Positions 1 to 9,098 of a stretch of DNA of 64,000 nucleotides are shown piece by piece. The translations under genes and the position numbers were made by a program. The notes under the pieces are model-generated. The model ran no database searches, was not told the origin of the DNA, and saw nothing but the letters and a program-made list of their open reading frames with translations. The DNA comes from a virus, in IMG/VR virus record IMGVR_UViG_3300031962_000003, positions 4,223 through 68,222 of that record. The stretch is one strand, 5' to 3'. Position 1 is the first letter of the stretch. The number at the start of each line of letters is the position of its first letter.

Positions 1-552
1 TCCGACACCGGCGGGCCCGGGCCGGACCAGGTGCCCGACACCTCCCAGGAGGCCGCCGCGACGGCCGCCGGTCCAGCGCCCGCCGACGCGCAGCTCACGC
101 AGATCGGCGGAGAGCTGCCGATGACCGAGGCCGAGGAGACCTCCGCGCCGAATATCGCCGGCTCGTTCGACATCCTGGTCGAGGGCCAGAAGGTCACCGA
201 GCACCCGATCGACAACCTGAACCACGTCGGCGAGTCGATCGAGGCGGTCGTCCAGCCCGGCGACCGCTTCGAGGTCCTCTTCAACGGGGCGACGACCGGC
301 CTGAAGATCAAGACCCAGGACGGCTACGCGTCGATCCCGCCGGAGCAGGCGGACCAGGTCCGGGCGATGACGCACGAGCAGGTCCTCGCCCTGATCAACG
401 GCTCCACACAGAAGGCCGCCGACTCGACCGGCAGGACCGCCCCGGCCCCCATCACGGACGACGGCGGCGCGGCCCCGAGCGGCGGCGGCATGGTGCTCCC
501 CCTCGCGCTCGTCCTCGGCGTCGGCTACGGGCTCTCGAAGATGCGGAGGTAG
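1..552 (+). CDS. 5'-truncated putative virion membrane protein with C-terminal TM anchor
   Basis: Frame is open from base 1; ends GGGMVLPLALVLGVGYGLSKMRR (hydrophobic helix plus basic tail). Confidence 0.6.
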   Translation, partial: SDTGGPGPDQVPDTSQEAAATAAGPAPADAQLTQIGGELPMTEAEETSAPNIAGSFDILVEGQKVTEHPIDNLNHVGESIEAVVQPGDRFEVLFNGATTGLKIKTQDGYASIPPEQADQVRAMTHEQVLALINGSTQKAADSTGRTAPAPITDDGGAAPSGGGMVLPLALVLGVGYGLSKMRR

Positions 553-555
553 CGG

Positions 556-1215
556 ATGCTCCGGGATCCGGTCGCCTACGCGCACGCGATCGCCTCCGCC
601 TTCGCGGCGGACCTGGCGGAGTCTCCGACCCTCACCGACGTCATCGCCGAGCGCCGGGTCACCCAGGACGGCTTCCGGTCGATCATCCTCAAGGACCTCC
701 AGCGGTCGATTACAGGGGAGTCCGGACCGAACCTCTTCCCGCACATGCGGGCGTTCGTCAAGAGCCTGATCGACGCGAACGTGGCCGCGAAGAACGCCGG
801 TGTTTCCGGCCTCGGCGCGGCCGCTCCCGAAGGAGCGTTCGGGATGTCGGCGTCGATGACCGGCGGGATCACTTCGCTCGTCGGAGCGGTCACCGGGGTC
901 GTCTCGGCGGTCTGGGGCGCGAAGATCCAGGCCGGCGCAATAAAGAACCTCGGGAAGGTCCAGCTCCAGGAGGCCCAGCTCGCCGAGCGCTCCCAGGAGA
1001 TCGCGCTCCAGCGGGCCCAGATCGAGAATGCGACCGCGGTCGGGATCCCCGGCGGGGCTCCGGGCACGGGTCCTTCGGGTGGGGTGATCGCGCTCGGCCC
1101 GGTCGCGATCCCGGCGGCGGTCGAGATCGGCGGGACGTCCGTTCCGACCGCGACACTCGCGCTCGCGGCCCTTGCGGTGATGGGCGGCGGCTGGTACGCT
1201 TTCCACGGGAGATGA
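556..1215 (+). CDS. putative virion membrane protein (SGLG motif, coiled coil, C-terminal TM)
   Basis: GVSGLGAAAP motif, Q/E-rich helix, C-terminal TLALAALAVMGGGWYAFHGR; tightly packed with neighbours. Confidence 0.6.
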   Translation: MLRDPVAYAHAIASAFAADLAESPTLTDVIAERRVTQDGFRSIILKDLQRSITGESGPNLFPHMRAFVKSLIDANVAAKNAGVSGLGAAAPEGAFGMSASMTGGITSLVGAVTGVVSAVWGAKIQAGAIKNLGKVQLQEAQLAERSQEIALQRAQIENATAVGIPGGAPGTGPSGGVIALGPVAIPAAVEIGGTSVPTATLALAALAVMGGGWYAFHGR

Positions 1216-1218
1216 CCG

Positions 1219-1776
1219 ATGCGACACCACGCGATCGTCTACAGGGACACGTTCCGGACGCTCGTCGATCGTGGTGTCCCCATGGGACGCGCCCGGCACA
1301 TACTCAACCGGGCCTTCGTCCGGGTCCGCCGGCGTCACGCCGGCATGGGCGACGAGACGACCGGGGACACCTCGGCGGACCCGGCCGGACAGTCCTGGCT
1401 GGACCGGACGACGGCGATCATCGCCGAGTACAAGGACCCGACGTACAGCAAGGCCGATCTTCACCTCGAGGCGCAGAACGCCATGCAGGGGATCAGCGCC
1501 CTACTCTCGAACCGCTTCAGCCAGCTGAGCTCGACGATGGTCCAGTCGCTCTACTCGGCGGACGATATCCTGAACAAGATCCAGGTCGGCACGCTCTCGG
1601 CGACCTTCGAGTCGCCCTGGTCCTCCGGCGCGACGGAGTTCGTGCAGACGCTGAAGCAGGAGGTCGTTGCCGGCGGGAAGGCCCTCGCGAACCCGCTCAG
1701 CGTCGTACCCTGGTGGGCCTGGCCGCTCGGAGGTCTCGTCGGTCTGGCCGCGGCGAAGTCCCTTCTGAAATTCTAG
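1219..1776 (+). CDS. putative virion membrane protein (leader + AGMG motif, C-terminal TM)
   Basis: LVDRGVPMGRARHILNRA...HAGMGD; C-terminal VVPWWAWPLGGLVGLAAAK. Confidence 0.6.
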   Translation: MRHHAIVYRDTFRTLVDRGVPMGRARHILNRAFVRVRRRHAGMGDETTGDTSADPAGQSWLDRTTAIIAEYKDPTYSKADLHLEAQNAMQGISALLSNRFSQLSSTMVQSLYSADDILNKIQVGTLSATFESPWSSGATEFVQTLKQEVVAGGKALANPLSVVPWWAWPLGGLVGLAAAKSLLKF

Positions 1777-1790
1777 AGGAGAGAGAGTCG

Positions 1791-3080
1791 ATGGAGTCGA
1801 TCGCAGACCACCTCCGGGATGTCCCGGAGATCGCCGTCCGGCTGTACCTCGGCGCGAAGGGCATCAAGGACCAGCAGTCCGGCTGGGACATCGAGTTCGA
1901 GGGCCGCGTGATCCCGATCTCGTCGGAGGTCATGATCCAGGCGACCAAGGTCGCTCGGGTCCTGCAGATCCGGAACCGGCCGTCCGGCTCCGCCTCCGAC
2001 ATCCTCGAGCTCCGGCACGACGCCGAGGATATCTTCATCGAGGATATCATGGGCGAGCGGAAGGTCCCACGGATCCTGTTCGTTCCCGCCGGCGACATGG
2101 CCTCGGCGTACTACCGGGCGATGCTCCCGGCCGACACGATGATGGAGCGTGGCCTGGCGGTCTCGCACTTCACGTCCCGCCTGGACATCTACAAGGCGAC
2201 CCGCTACCAGATTCTCTGGATCCAGCTGGTCACGGCACCGATCCTGCTCGATATCGTCCGGCAGGCGAAGTCCTCCGGCGTCCGGATTGTCTACGATATC
2301 GACGATCGATTCGACGCGCTTCCGGTGGCGAACCCTTCCTCCTGGGTCTACAACAAGGAGAAGATCGCGGAGGTCTGGTCGATGATCGAGCTGGCGGATC
2401 TCGTCACGACCAGCACTCAGGACCTGGCGGACCACGTCCGCGGCCGCGCGAAGGTCGTGAAGGTCCTCCCAAATCTCGTCTCGGCATCGATCCTGCCGAA
2501 GCGGAACGAGCCGACCGGAGACGTCTTCCGGATCCTCTGGGCCGGCAGCCCAACGCACGCCCGGGACCTCGCGGTCGCCTCGCCGGCGATTGCTCGGGTC
2601 CTCGCCCGGCACGCCGGGAAGGTCCGCTTCACGCTCTTCGGGGAGTCTCTCCCGAAGGACCTCTCCGAGGTCTTCCAGTACATCGACCAGATGCGCTTCG
2701 TCGACTTCCCGGAGTACAGCGAGACGCTCGCCCGGGTCGGCGCGGACGTCGCGATCGCGCCGCTCGAGGACACGCCGTTCAACGCCTCGAAGTCCGCCGT
2801 GAAGTTCCTCGAGTACTCGGCCTGCGGGTACCCGTCGCTTCTCTCTTCTGTCGGAGAGTATAAAGAACTCCCACCGGAGTCCGGACGTGTCTTTGTTCCG
2901 GACGACTTCTGGGAGCAGGCCCTCGAGGAGGCCCTGAACATGCCTCCCGACGACCTCCAGAGGAGAGGGAAGCTGTCCCGGAAGTGGACGATCGAAAACC
3001 GCTGCCTGGTCCGGACGAACGCCCGCCAGTGGGCGGAGACCGCCCGGGACCTGCTCGCCGAGTCCGTCCCGAGCGCCTGA
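1791..3080 (+). CDS. GT-B fold glycosyltransferase (GT4-like)
   Basis: ATG 1791 after GAGGAG; motifs YYRAMLP, VYDIDD, ILWAGSPTH, DVAIAPLEDTPFNASKSAVKFLEY. Confidence 0.85.
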   Translation: MESIADHLRDVPEIAVRLYLGAKGIKDQQSGWDIEFEGRVIPISSEVMIQATKVARVLQIRNRPSGSASDILELRHDAEDIFIEDIMGERKVPRILFVPAGDMASAYYRAMLPADTMMERGLAVSHFTSRLDIYKATRYQILWIQLVTAPILLDIVRQAKSSGVRIVYDIDDRFDALPVANPSSWVYNKEKIAEVWSMIELADLVTTSTQDLADHVRGRAKVVKVLPNLVSASILPKRNEPTGDVFRILWAGSPTHARDLAVASPAIARVLARHAGKVRFTLFGESLPKDLSEVFQYIDQMRFVDFPEYSETLARVGADVAIAPLEDTPFNASKSAVKFLEYSACGYPSLLSSVGEYKELPPESGRVFVPDDFWEQALEEALNMPPDDLQRRGKLSRKWTIENRCLVRTNARQWAETARDLLAESVPSA

Positions 3081-3090
3081 GGAGGGTTCT

Positions 3091-3381
3091 ATGTCGAGAC
3101 TGTACGTCGACTCCCTGGGGGAACACCTCTACGTCGACTCCCTCGGGCAGACGGTCCACCCGAAGGTCGAGACCGAGATGCGCCGGCTCGTCGAGAGCGT
3201 CACCAAGCGGATGAACGAGCTCGTCTCGGAGGCCGCCCGGCACGCCGAGCGAGTCTTCGCGTCCGGGCAGATGGACCGGGAGCAGGCGGTCCGGGCCGCG
3301 ATGCTCGCGATCTTCGAGATCGCCATGCGGGACGCCGAGATGGCCGGAGCGATCCGGTACCTGCAGGCGATGAGAAAGTAG
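3091..3381 (+). CDS. hypothetical protein with duplicated LYVDSLG
   Basis: SD GGAGG, operon packing, duplicated 7-aa unit. Confidence 0.6.
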   Translation: MSRLYVDSLGEHLYVDSLGQTVHPKVETEMRRLVESVTKRMNELVSEAARHAERVFASGQMDREQAVRAAMLAIFEIAMRDAEMAGAIRYLQAMRK

Positions 3382-3389
3382 GGGACCTC

Positions 3390-3656
3390 GTGCCGAAGAT
3401 CAAGCCGGAGGACGTCGCCAGGCAGGCGAAGTGGGACATCGGCGCGATCACGGACTTCTGCGCCGATACCCTCGAGGAGGCGAACGACCACAACGCCGCC
3501 GGCGCGCTCCGGGCCCTGAACGCGGGGGACTACGAGCTCGCCCGGGACTTCATCCAGCTCGAGGAGGACCACGTCGAGGCCGGTGAGTTGACCCCGGAGC
3601 TCCAGGAGCAGCGCACGGAACTCATGAAACGTCTGAAGAAAGCCGAGACGCCGTAG
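3390..3656 (+). CDS. hypothetical protein
   Basis: GTG start, abuts flanking genes, GC3-rich codons. Confidence 0.55.
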   Translation: MPKIKPEDVARQAKWDIGAITDFCADTLEEANDHNAAGALRALNAGDYELARDFIQLEEDHVEAGELTPELQEQRTELMKRLKKAETP

Positions 3657-3911
3657 ATGGACGCGAGACTGGACCTCGGGATCCGCGTCGCCGCGGAGTA
3701 CGCCGTCCACCTGACGCGGGACGACGGCCTCCCGCCGGCGCGGGCGATCGCGCTCGCGGCCCGGGCGGTCGTCCGGGCGTCCCGGACCCTCCCGCCGGCC
3801 GAGGCCGGCGTCGGCTTCTTCAGCGACCCCCTTGGGATCCCCGCGACGCTTATGGGCGTCGGCAGCATCCTCTCCGGGGTGGGGTGGGTGCATAAGGTCC
3901 TCTCGGCGTGA
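3657..3911 (+). CDS. small membrane protein (leader + AGVG motif)
   Basis: LTRDDGLPPARAIALAARA...EAGVGFF; hydrophobic C-terminus. Confidence 0.55.
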   Translation: MDARLDLGIRVAAEYAVHLTRDDGLPPARAIALAARAVVRASRTLPPAEAGVGFFSDPLGIPATLMGVGSILSGVGWVHKVLSA

Positions 3912-3925
3912 GGAAGTAAATAGTT

Positions 3926-4396
3926 ATGCCGCTCATAAAACACAGAGAGAGCGGACTTCGAACGACCCCGGAGTACATCTCCTGGAAGTCGATGCTCTGT
4001 CGCTGCCGGAGTCTCGACGAGGAGAAGAGGAAAGTCTACCGGTCCCGTGGGATCACGGTCTGCGCCCGGTGGAGGAAGTCGTACCCGGCGTTCCTGGCTG
4101 ACATGGGCCGCCGGCCGTCCCCGAGGCACACCCTCGACCGGATCAAGAACGACCGCGGGTACTCCCCCGGGAACGTCCGCTGGGCGACCCCGAAGGAGCA
4201 GTCGAACAACCGACGGGACTGTCTCCTGACGATCCACAGGCAGACACGGAGCTACGCAGGGTGGTCCGATCTTTCCGGAGTTCCGTCCCACCGAATCCGG
4301 CAGCGGATCGCCGCCGGCTGGAGTCCGAGACGAGCGGTCTGGACATCACTTTTCCGTAGCGGTCCGAGGAAGACTGGCACTCCGAGGTCTACATGA
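3926..4396 (+). CDS. HNH-family homing endonuclease-like protein
   Basis: EYISWKSMLCRC...RGITVCARW...DMG...TLDRIKNDRGYSPGNVRWAT...QSNNRR. Confidence 0.8.
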   Translation: MPLIKHRESGLRTTPEYISWKSMLCRCRSLDEEKRKVYRSRGITVCARWRKSYPAFLADMGRRPSPRHTLDRIKNDRGYSPGNVRWATPKEQSNNRRDCLLTIHRQTRSYAGWSDLSGVPSHRIRQRIAAGWSPRRAVWTSLFRSGPRKTGTPRST

Positions 4397-4773
4397 CCTT
4401 GACGACCTCCCAGTACCGGGCTGCGCTCTCCACGCACCGCCGGATGGTCGAGGCCGGCTTCCCGCACTGGCGGGCGGCCCAGGCGATCCGGAGGGCTCTC
4501 GGTCGGATCCTGTCGGACTCCGGTCTCGGGAAGTTCAACCTGCACCAGTTCACCGGACCGCGGCCGCAGCTCGCCGGCGAGGCCTGCGTGACGCTCGATC
4601 CGCTCGTGATCGGAGAGCCGGCGCTCTACGAGCGCCTGAACCAGTACCGGAGCCAGGGTTGGTCGGTCATGCAAGTCGAGCCGTACAAGGACCACGTCCT
4701 CTGGTACGCCTGCCCGCCGGGCCGCCTGCCGCTCGAGAACGAACCGCTCGTCTTCGGGGCCGAGGAGGGATAG
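4393..4773 (+). CDS. hypothetical protein (leader + SGLG motif)
   Basis: ATGA overlap with HNH gene; MVEAGFPHWRAAQAIRRA...DSGLG. Confidence 0.6.
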   Translation: MTLTTSQYRAALSTHRRMVEAGFPHWRAAQAIRRALGRILSDSGLGKFNLHQFTGPRPQLAGEACVTLDPLVIGEPALYERLNQYRSQGWSVMQVEPYKDHVLWYACPPGRLPLENEPLVFGAEEG

Positions 4774-4776
4774 CGC

Positions 4777-5217
4777 GTGGACCACATCGAGAAGATCGTC
4801 ACGGACTTCGTCTGCGAGCTCGTCGCCTCCAACCGCTCGGGACACGAGAAGAAGATGATCTGGCTCCACCTGACGAAGCCGTGGATCCCGAACTTCAAGG
4901 CCCCGGCGATCCGGCCCCTGAACAGCAACCTCAAGGAGTACCTGGGCCCGGTCATCGTCGACGACACCGACGGGCACACCTGGTACTTCCCGTCCATGAA
5001 GTGGTGGGACTCCCACGCGAAACGTTCCCACCCGCCCGATGGCTCCGGGATGGACCTCGACGTCCACGTCAACTTCCTGACCGTCCATGGCGAGAGCTCC
5101 GAGTTCGCCTACGCGACGGTCTACCAGAACGCCCAGCTCTGGGTCCTCCAGCCGAGGGACTTCGAGAAGGAGCAGAAGTGGTGGCGACAGTACTTCCACC
5201 TGTACCCGGACGAGTGA
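4777..5217 (+). CDS. hypothetical protein
   Basis: GTG after GAGG, aromatic-rich globular sequence. Confidence 0.6.
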   Translation: MDHIEKIVTDFVCELVASNRSGHEKKMIWLHLTKPWIPNFKAPAIRPLNSNLKEYLGPVIVDDTDGHTWYFPSMKWWDSHAKRSHPPDGSGMDLDVHVNFLTVHGESSEFAYATVYQNAQLWVLQPRDFEKEQKWWRQYFHLYPDE

Positions 5218-5223
5218 TATAAT
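5215..5223 (+). promoter_or_regulatory. extended -10 promoter (TGnTATAAT)
   Basis: TGATATAAT in a GC-rich context, ending 10 nt before ATG 5234. Confidence 0.5.
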
Positions 5224-5233
5224 TCGTGACACG

Positions 5234-5665
5234 ATGAACGTTTTCACCGACCAGGAGAAAGAGGCGATCCGGCGCGCCGTCGATGGGCTCGTCCGGCAGG
5301 GCTACACGCCGCCGGCGGCTCGGAACGCCGTCTGCCGGGCCGCTTGCCGACTGAAGGGGTCGGCCGACGCCGGCGTCGGTGCGCCGGCGGATGCGCCGGC
5401 TCCGGCCGCTCCGCTCTCCACCGAGGAGCAGGCCCTGAAGGACATCGCCGCGGCCGCGGCGAACCCGATCGTCGCCGAGGTCCGCGGTGCGATCAGCCCA
5501 TGGCTCTGGGTGACCTCGGTCGTCGGCTTCGTGACCGGCCTGCTCAACACGCGCCGGATCGGGAAGATGTACAAGGACTGGCGCGGCCGCTCCGAGGCCG
5601 GCCGTCGGCGGATGAAGGTCTCATTCGCGAAGAACCCGTCCCGCCGGCGACGGAGGCCCGCGTGA
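5234..5665 (+). CDS. membrane protein (leader + AGVG, TM, NP/Arg tail)
   Basis: LVRQGYTPPAARNAVCRA...DAGVG; TM ISPWLWVTSVVGFVTGLL; ends KNPSRRRRRPA. Confidence 0.6.
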   Translation: MNVFTDQEKEAIRRAVDGLVRQGYTPPAARNAVCRAACRLKGSADAGVGAPADAPAPAAPLSTEEQALKDIAAAAANPIVAEVRGAISPWLWVTSVVGFVTGLLNTRRIGKMYKDWRGRSEAGRRRMKVSFAKNPSRRRRRPA

Positions 5666-5964
5666 CCCTCATCAAGGTCATCGCGATCGTCACGGTCATC
5701 CTCCTCGTCGCGATCCTCATCCCGGTCCTCGTCGGGAAGTGGTTCTTCTGGATGCACCTCCGGCAGGCGGCGAAGATCCACCGTCCCTGCTTCCGGTGCG
5801 CGGCCCCGGCGACGACGGACTACATGGGCCTCCACTACTGCCGGATCTGCCGGGACGTCGTGAACGCGATGAGCGCCGCGGTCCGGCACGACCCTCCCTT
5901 CGGTTTCCCCGGAGCAGAAGGATACCTGGAGTTCCCCGAACCGGAGCACAAGAAGGAGCGATAG
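5662..5964 (+). CDS. membrane protein with Zn-finger
   Basis: GTGA overlap; N-terminal TM; CFRC...CRIC. Confidence 0.55.
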   Translation: MTLIKVIAIVTVILLVAILIPVLVGKWFFWMHLRQAAKIHRPCFRCAAPATTDYMGLHYCRICRDVVNAMSAAVRHDPPFGFPGAEGYLEFPEPEHKKER

Positions 5965-5966
5965 CC

Positions 5967-6248
5967 ATGGCCGACGCGCCGAAGAACGAAGCGCCGTACA
6001 CGATCGTCCGGCACCGGACGAGCGAGGGGACGATCTACCGCGGGATCCGGATCGTCCGGTACTGGAGGAACAAGGAGACCCGCTCCGTCGTCGAGGTTCG
6101 CCGGGTCCTCCGTGTCGTCCCGGAGAACGTCATCCGGATCGTCTTCTACGACCCGATCACCCCGGAGATCCCGGAGCACTCCGACGGCCTGAAGAACTTC
6201 CAGAGAGATCATGAACCCATTGGGAACATGAACGTCAAGGCGGTCTAA
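5967..6248 (+). CDS. hypothetical protein
   Basis: SD AAGGAG before ATG 5967. Confidence 0.55.
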   Translation: MADAPKNEAPYTIVRHRTSEGTIYRGIRIVRYWRNKETRSVVEVRRVLRVVPENVIRIVFYDPITPEIPEHSDGLKNFQRDHEPIGNMNVKAV

Positions 6249-6763
6249 TGGACCAGCTCAACAAGCCGGTCGTCCAGCTCGCCGACCAGTACCGGATCCC
6301 GACCCGCGAGGAGCACCGCCGGCGCGTCCGTCGGATCTGGGTGACCTGCATGGCGACCTCGGCCGTGTTCGTCGTCGGACTGGTCGTCCTGGCGAACGCC
6401 TGGCACGCCTGGAACTTCGGGGCGCTCTTCCAGATCGCGATCGCCGGCGCGTTCTTCGGGATCACGGTTCCGCTCTTCCTCGAGCAGCGGGCGAACGCGA
6501 CCGTCGCGATCGAGATGAACCGGCAGACCGTCGACGCGATCTCGGACCTCGACACGAACCTGAAGCCGATCGTCTCGGACCTGAAGCACATCGGCGAGCA
6601 GGGCCGGCCGGTCGCCGACGCCATGAAGAAGGCGATCGTCGACGAGAAGATCCTCCAGAAGATCGAGGGGCACATGGAGGCGATCCGGAAGCGCCTGGCC
6701 GTCGAGCCGGTCTCGACGGCGCGCCGGCCGACGGATCCCGCTCCGGCGGGAGCCGGGAGGTAG
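6248..6763 (+). CDS. two-TM membrane protein with coiled-coil tail
   Basis: Two hydrophobic helices followed by a heptad-like region. Confidence 0.6.
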   Translation: MDQLNKPVVQLADQYRIPTREEHRRRVRRIWVTCMATSAVFVVGLVVLANAWHAWNFGALFQIAIAGAFFGITVPLFLEQRANATVAIEMNRQTVDAISDLDTNLKPIVSDLKHIGEQGRPVADAMKKAIVDEKILQKIEGHMEAIRKRLAVEPVSTARRPTDPAPAGAGR

Positions 6764-6765
6764 CC

Positions 6766-7206
6766 GTGGACCGGGTCCGCGGAGCGTTCCGCCAGGTCCT
6801 GGCCCGGGCCGTCACGCAACTCCCATGGCTAAAACCCGTCGAGATCCGGCACTGCCGGGAGTGCGACCGGAACCAGCTGCGCGAGTGGCGGCTCTTCGCC
6901 CACTCCGGCCACGAGCGTCTCCGGGTCTGCTTCGCCGCGGCCGCGGACCGGGAGCTGACCGCGGCCGAGCTCTGCGGGATGTCTGCCCACGAGCTCGGGC
7001 ACGTCGTCGCCGAGGAGCTCGGCTTCCCGGAGCACAAGAAGGCCACGCCGGCGGACGGCCGGACGCCGTTCAAGGTCCAGGCCGAGGCCGACTGGATCGC
7101 CAGACAAGTCCTGTGCCTGCCAGTCCGGTACAACGACCGGACGATCCAGGAGCTCGTTGACCCGAAGTTCGTTCAGCGGGTCTCCCGGAAGGTCGGCGAG
7201 CCGTGA
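6766..7206 (+). CDS. zincin-like metallopeptidase (HExxH)
   Basis: AHELGHVVAEE...EAEADWIA, ImmA/IrrE-like spacing. Confidence 0.6.
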   Translation: MDRVRGAFRQVLARAVTQLPWLKPVEIRHCRECDRNQLREWRLFAHSGHERLRVCFAAAADRELTAAELCGMSAHELGHVVAEELGFPEHKKATPADGRTPFKVQAEADWIARQVLCLPVRYNDRTIQELVDPKFVQRVSRKVGEP

Positions 7207-7847
7207 GAGTCGAAGGCCTGCCGATCTACGGCTTCATGCACGTCGCCCGGATGAACAACTGGGAGGAGATTGTCGCCGACCAGTTCCAGAAGATCTCGCA
7301 GACCGGCCTCGGCCAGGCGACCGCGCGGATCACGCTCGGGGTCGTCGGCACCGGCGCGCCGGTCCAGATCCCCGGCGAGCTCCAGGACAAGACCTCCGTC
7401 GGGTTCGAGGGCGACAACCTCGCGCTCCACGAGTACCCGACCCTCGCCATGCTCGAGAACGTCTGCGGGCGGGAGGATTGCCTCGCCTGGTACATCCACA
7501 CTAAAGGGGCCTCGAGGAACCGCCCAGGCGAGCGGGAGTCCGCCCGGAACTGGCGGCACTACATGGAGTGGTTCGTCCTGGAGAACTGGGAGGCCTGCAT
7601 CCGAGCGCTCAAGGACGCGAACTGCGTCGGCTCCATGTGGAACGGCTGGACCTTCCTCGGGAACTTCTGGTGGACCAGGGCCGACTACGTCCGGCAGCTC
7701 ACATACAAGGTCCGGGACTCGCACTGGGGGAACCGCGGCGAGGCGGAGACCTGGCTATTCCGGTCTCAGCGACGGCTCGTCCGGGACCTAGGCGACGGGA
7801 CGACGGCCGTCCGACTCCGGCCGAACTATCCGCCCGTCAACGTCTGA
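7203..7847 (+). CDS. putative glycosyltransferase-like protein
   Basis: HEYPTL, YIHTKG, WRHYMEWF, GNFWW, AETWL motifs typical of a phage glyco-cluster family. Confidence 0.55.
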   Translation: MRVEGLPIYGFMHVARMNNWEEIVADQFQKISQTGLGQATARITLGVVGTGAPVQIPGELQDKTSVGFEGDNLALHEYPTLAMLENVCGREDCLAWYIHTKGASRNRPGERESARNWRHYMEWFVLENWEACIRALKDANCVGSMWNGWTFLGNFWWTRADYVRQLTYKVRDSHWGNRGEAETWLFRSQRRLVRDLGDGTTAVRLRPNYPPVNV

Positions 7848-7983
7848 CGATCCTACGGTAGATCTCCGGGACCAGCCAGGACGCGCCGGCGATCGTCAGG
7901 AAGTCCTCCGCGCTTGCCCTGGCGATCCACAGGCAGAGGATGATGGCGATGAGCGCCGCGACGGACGCGAGCCACTGGCGCAT

Positions 7984-8316
7984 CTAGTCCCCCTCCCCGT
8001 CGTCCGGCGGATTCGCGACGGCGGTCACCTCGTCCTGGGCCCTGTTGATCTCGATCCAGCGGACCCGACGATCGCCGCCGGCCGTCAGCTCGTAGAGGTA
8101 CGTCCTGCCGGCGAGCTCACGTCGGACAAGCCCATTCTGTCGGGCTCTCGAGAGGATCGTCCAGATGGTCCCCTCGTGGACGCTCTCCGACCTGGGCCCC
8201 ATCGCCTCCAGAACCCCTGCCACCGACAGCGGCCCTTTCTTGAGCGTCAGCAGGACGCCCCGGGACAGCCCGGTCAGTTTCCGGTACGACGACTTCGACT
8301 TCCGTACGCGTGCCAT
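7984..8316 (-). CDS. winged-helix DNA-binding protein (BlaI/PadR-like)
   Basis: GPLSVAGV...TIWTILSR...GLVRR...YELTAGG. Confidence 0.7.
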   Translation of the reverse strand: MARVRKSKSSYRKLTGLSRGVLLTLKKGPLSVAGVLEAMGPRSESVHEGTIWTILSRARQNGLVRRELAGRTYLYELTAGGDRRVRWIEINRAQDEVTAVANPPDDGEGD

Positions 8317-8650
8317 GGTTCGCTCCTCTCTGGTGACTGGCCCGCCCCTTGGCGAGCATATCCTTGACGTTCTCCAGCTGCGTCCCCGGCTGAATGTGCT
8401 CGAGGACGTTCACGCAGCGGCGGTTGTCGCACCCGTGCAGGAGGACCTTCCCGCGCGGGACCGGACCGAACAGGATCCGATACGCGACGATGTGGGCCCG
8501 CTGGACCCGGCCGTCGAGCCAGAAAGCCCAAAATCCGCCATCCCATGGTTCCGCCTTCCAGGTCCGGACAGACGCCGTCCAGATCCAGCAGCCAGTCGCC
8601 TGGTCGATCTGAACCTTGGACCAGAAGCGTCTTAAGTCACTCTTCCGCAC
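8117..8650 (-). CDS. HNH endonuclease (HNH_3-like)
   Basis: RFWSKV...GCWIW...RAHIVAY...LHGCDNRRCVN...GTQLENVKD; GTG 8650 with SD. Confidence 0.75.
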   Translation of the reverse strand: MRKSDLRRFWSKVQIDQATGCWIWTASVRTWKAEPWDGGFWAFWLDGRVQRAHIVAYRILFGPVPRGKVLLHGCDNRRCVNVLEHIQPGTQLENVKDMLAKGRASHQRGANHGTRTEVEVVVPETDRAVPGRPADAQERAAVGGRGSGGDGAQVGERPRGDHLDDPLESPTEWACPT

Positions 8651-8770
8651 GTTTACCCTCTGTTCGCCTCGTGGACGGTCCACCAGGGCCGCCCGCGAGG
8701 AGGGCCGGAGCGAAGTTGCTCCGGCCCGGATAGAGAGGGAATACACTCCGGAGAGCCTCCCTCCTTTGTG

Positions 8771-9085
8771 TTAGAGCTTGAAGTCAGGTTCCCCGTACAA
8801 CATCTTCTTGATCCGAACGATCTCAGACGGCGGTAATCCACGCAAGACTGCTAAGGAGATGTTCGTCTGGCTCGACGGGAAGAGCTCCTCAAGCGTCCTC
8901 CGCATCGTCCCTTTACTCGCGCTGCTCTGCTTGTAGCCGAGTTCCTTTGCTTTCGCGAAGACGCGTTTTATTGTGTTATGACTGAACGTCCCCCTTCGAG
9001 ACTTATTCAGTATCTTGTTCGCAGAACTTACATCTAACCCGCAAGCCTTAGCGATCTCCACTTGAGTAACTCTTCCGTTTCTCAT
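8771..9085 (-). CDS. LacI/XRE-like HTH regulator
   Basis: VTQVEIAKACGLDVSSANKILN...TIKRVFAKAKELGY. Confidence 0.7.
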   Translation of the reverse strand: MRNGRVTQVEIAKACGLDVSSANKILNKSRRGTFSHNTIKRVFAKAKELGYKQSSASKGTMRRTLEELFPSSQTNISLAVLRGLPPSEIVRIKKMLYGEPDFKL

Positions 9086-9098
9086 TTCGACCTCCTTC

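Noticed and set aside
1212-1790. N-terminal 193 aa of the 622-aa ORF 1212-3080
   Set aside because: Overlaps the real 1219-1776 gene in another frame; the glycosyltransferase starts at ATG 1791 with a good SD
3926-4396. Introns around the free-standing HNH genes (also 45612 and 50862)
   Set aside because: Flanking genes are complete and abut the HNH ORFs; I found no P3/P7 core elements
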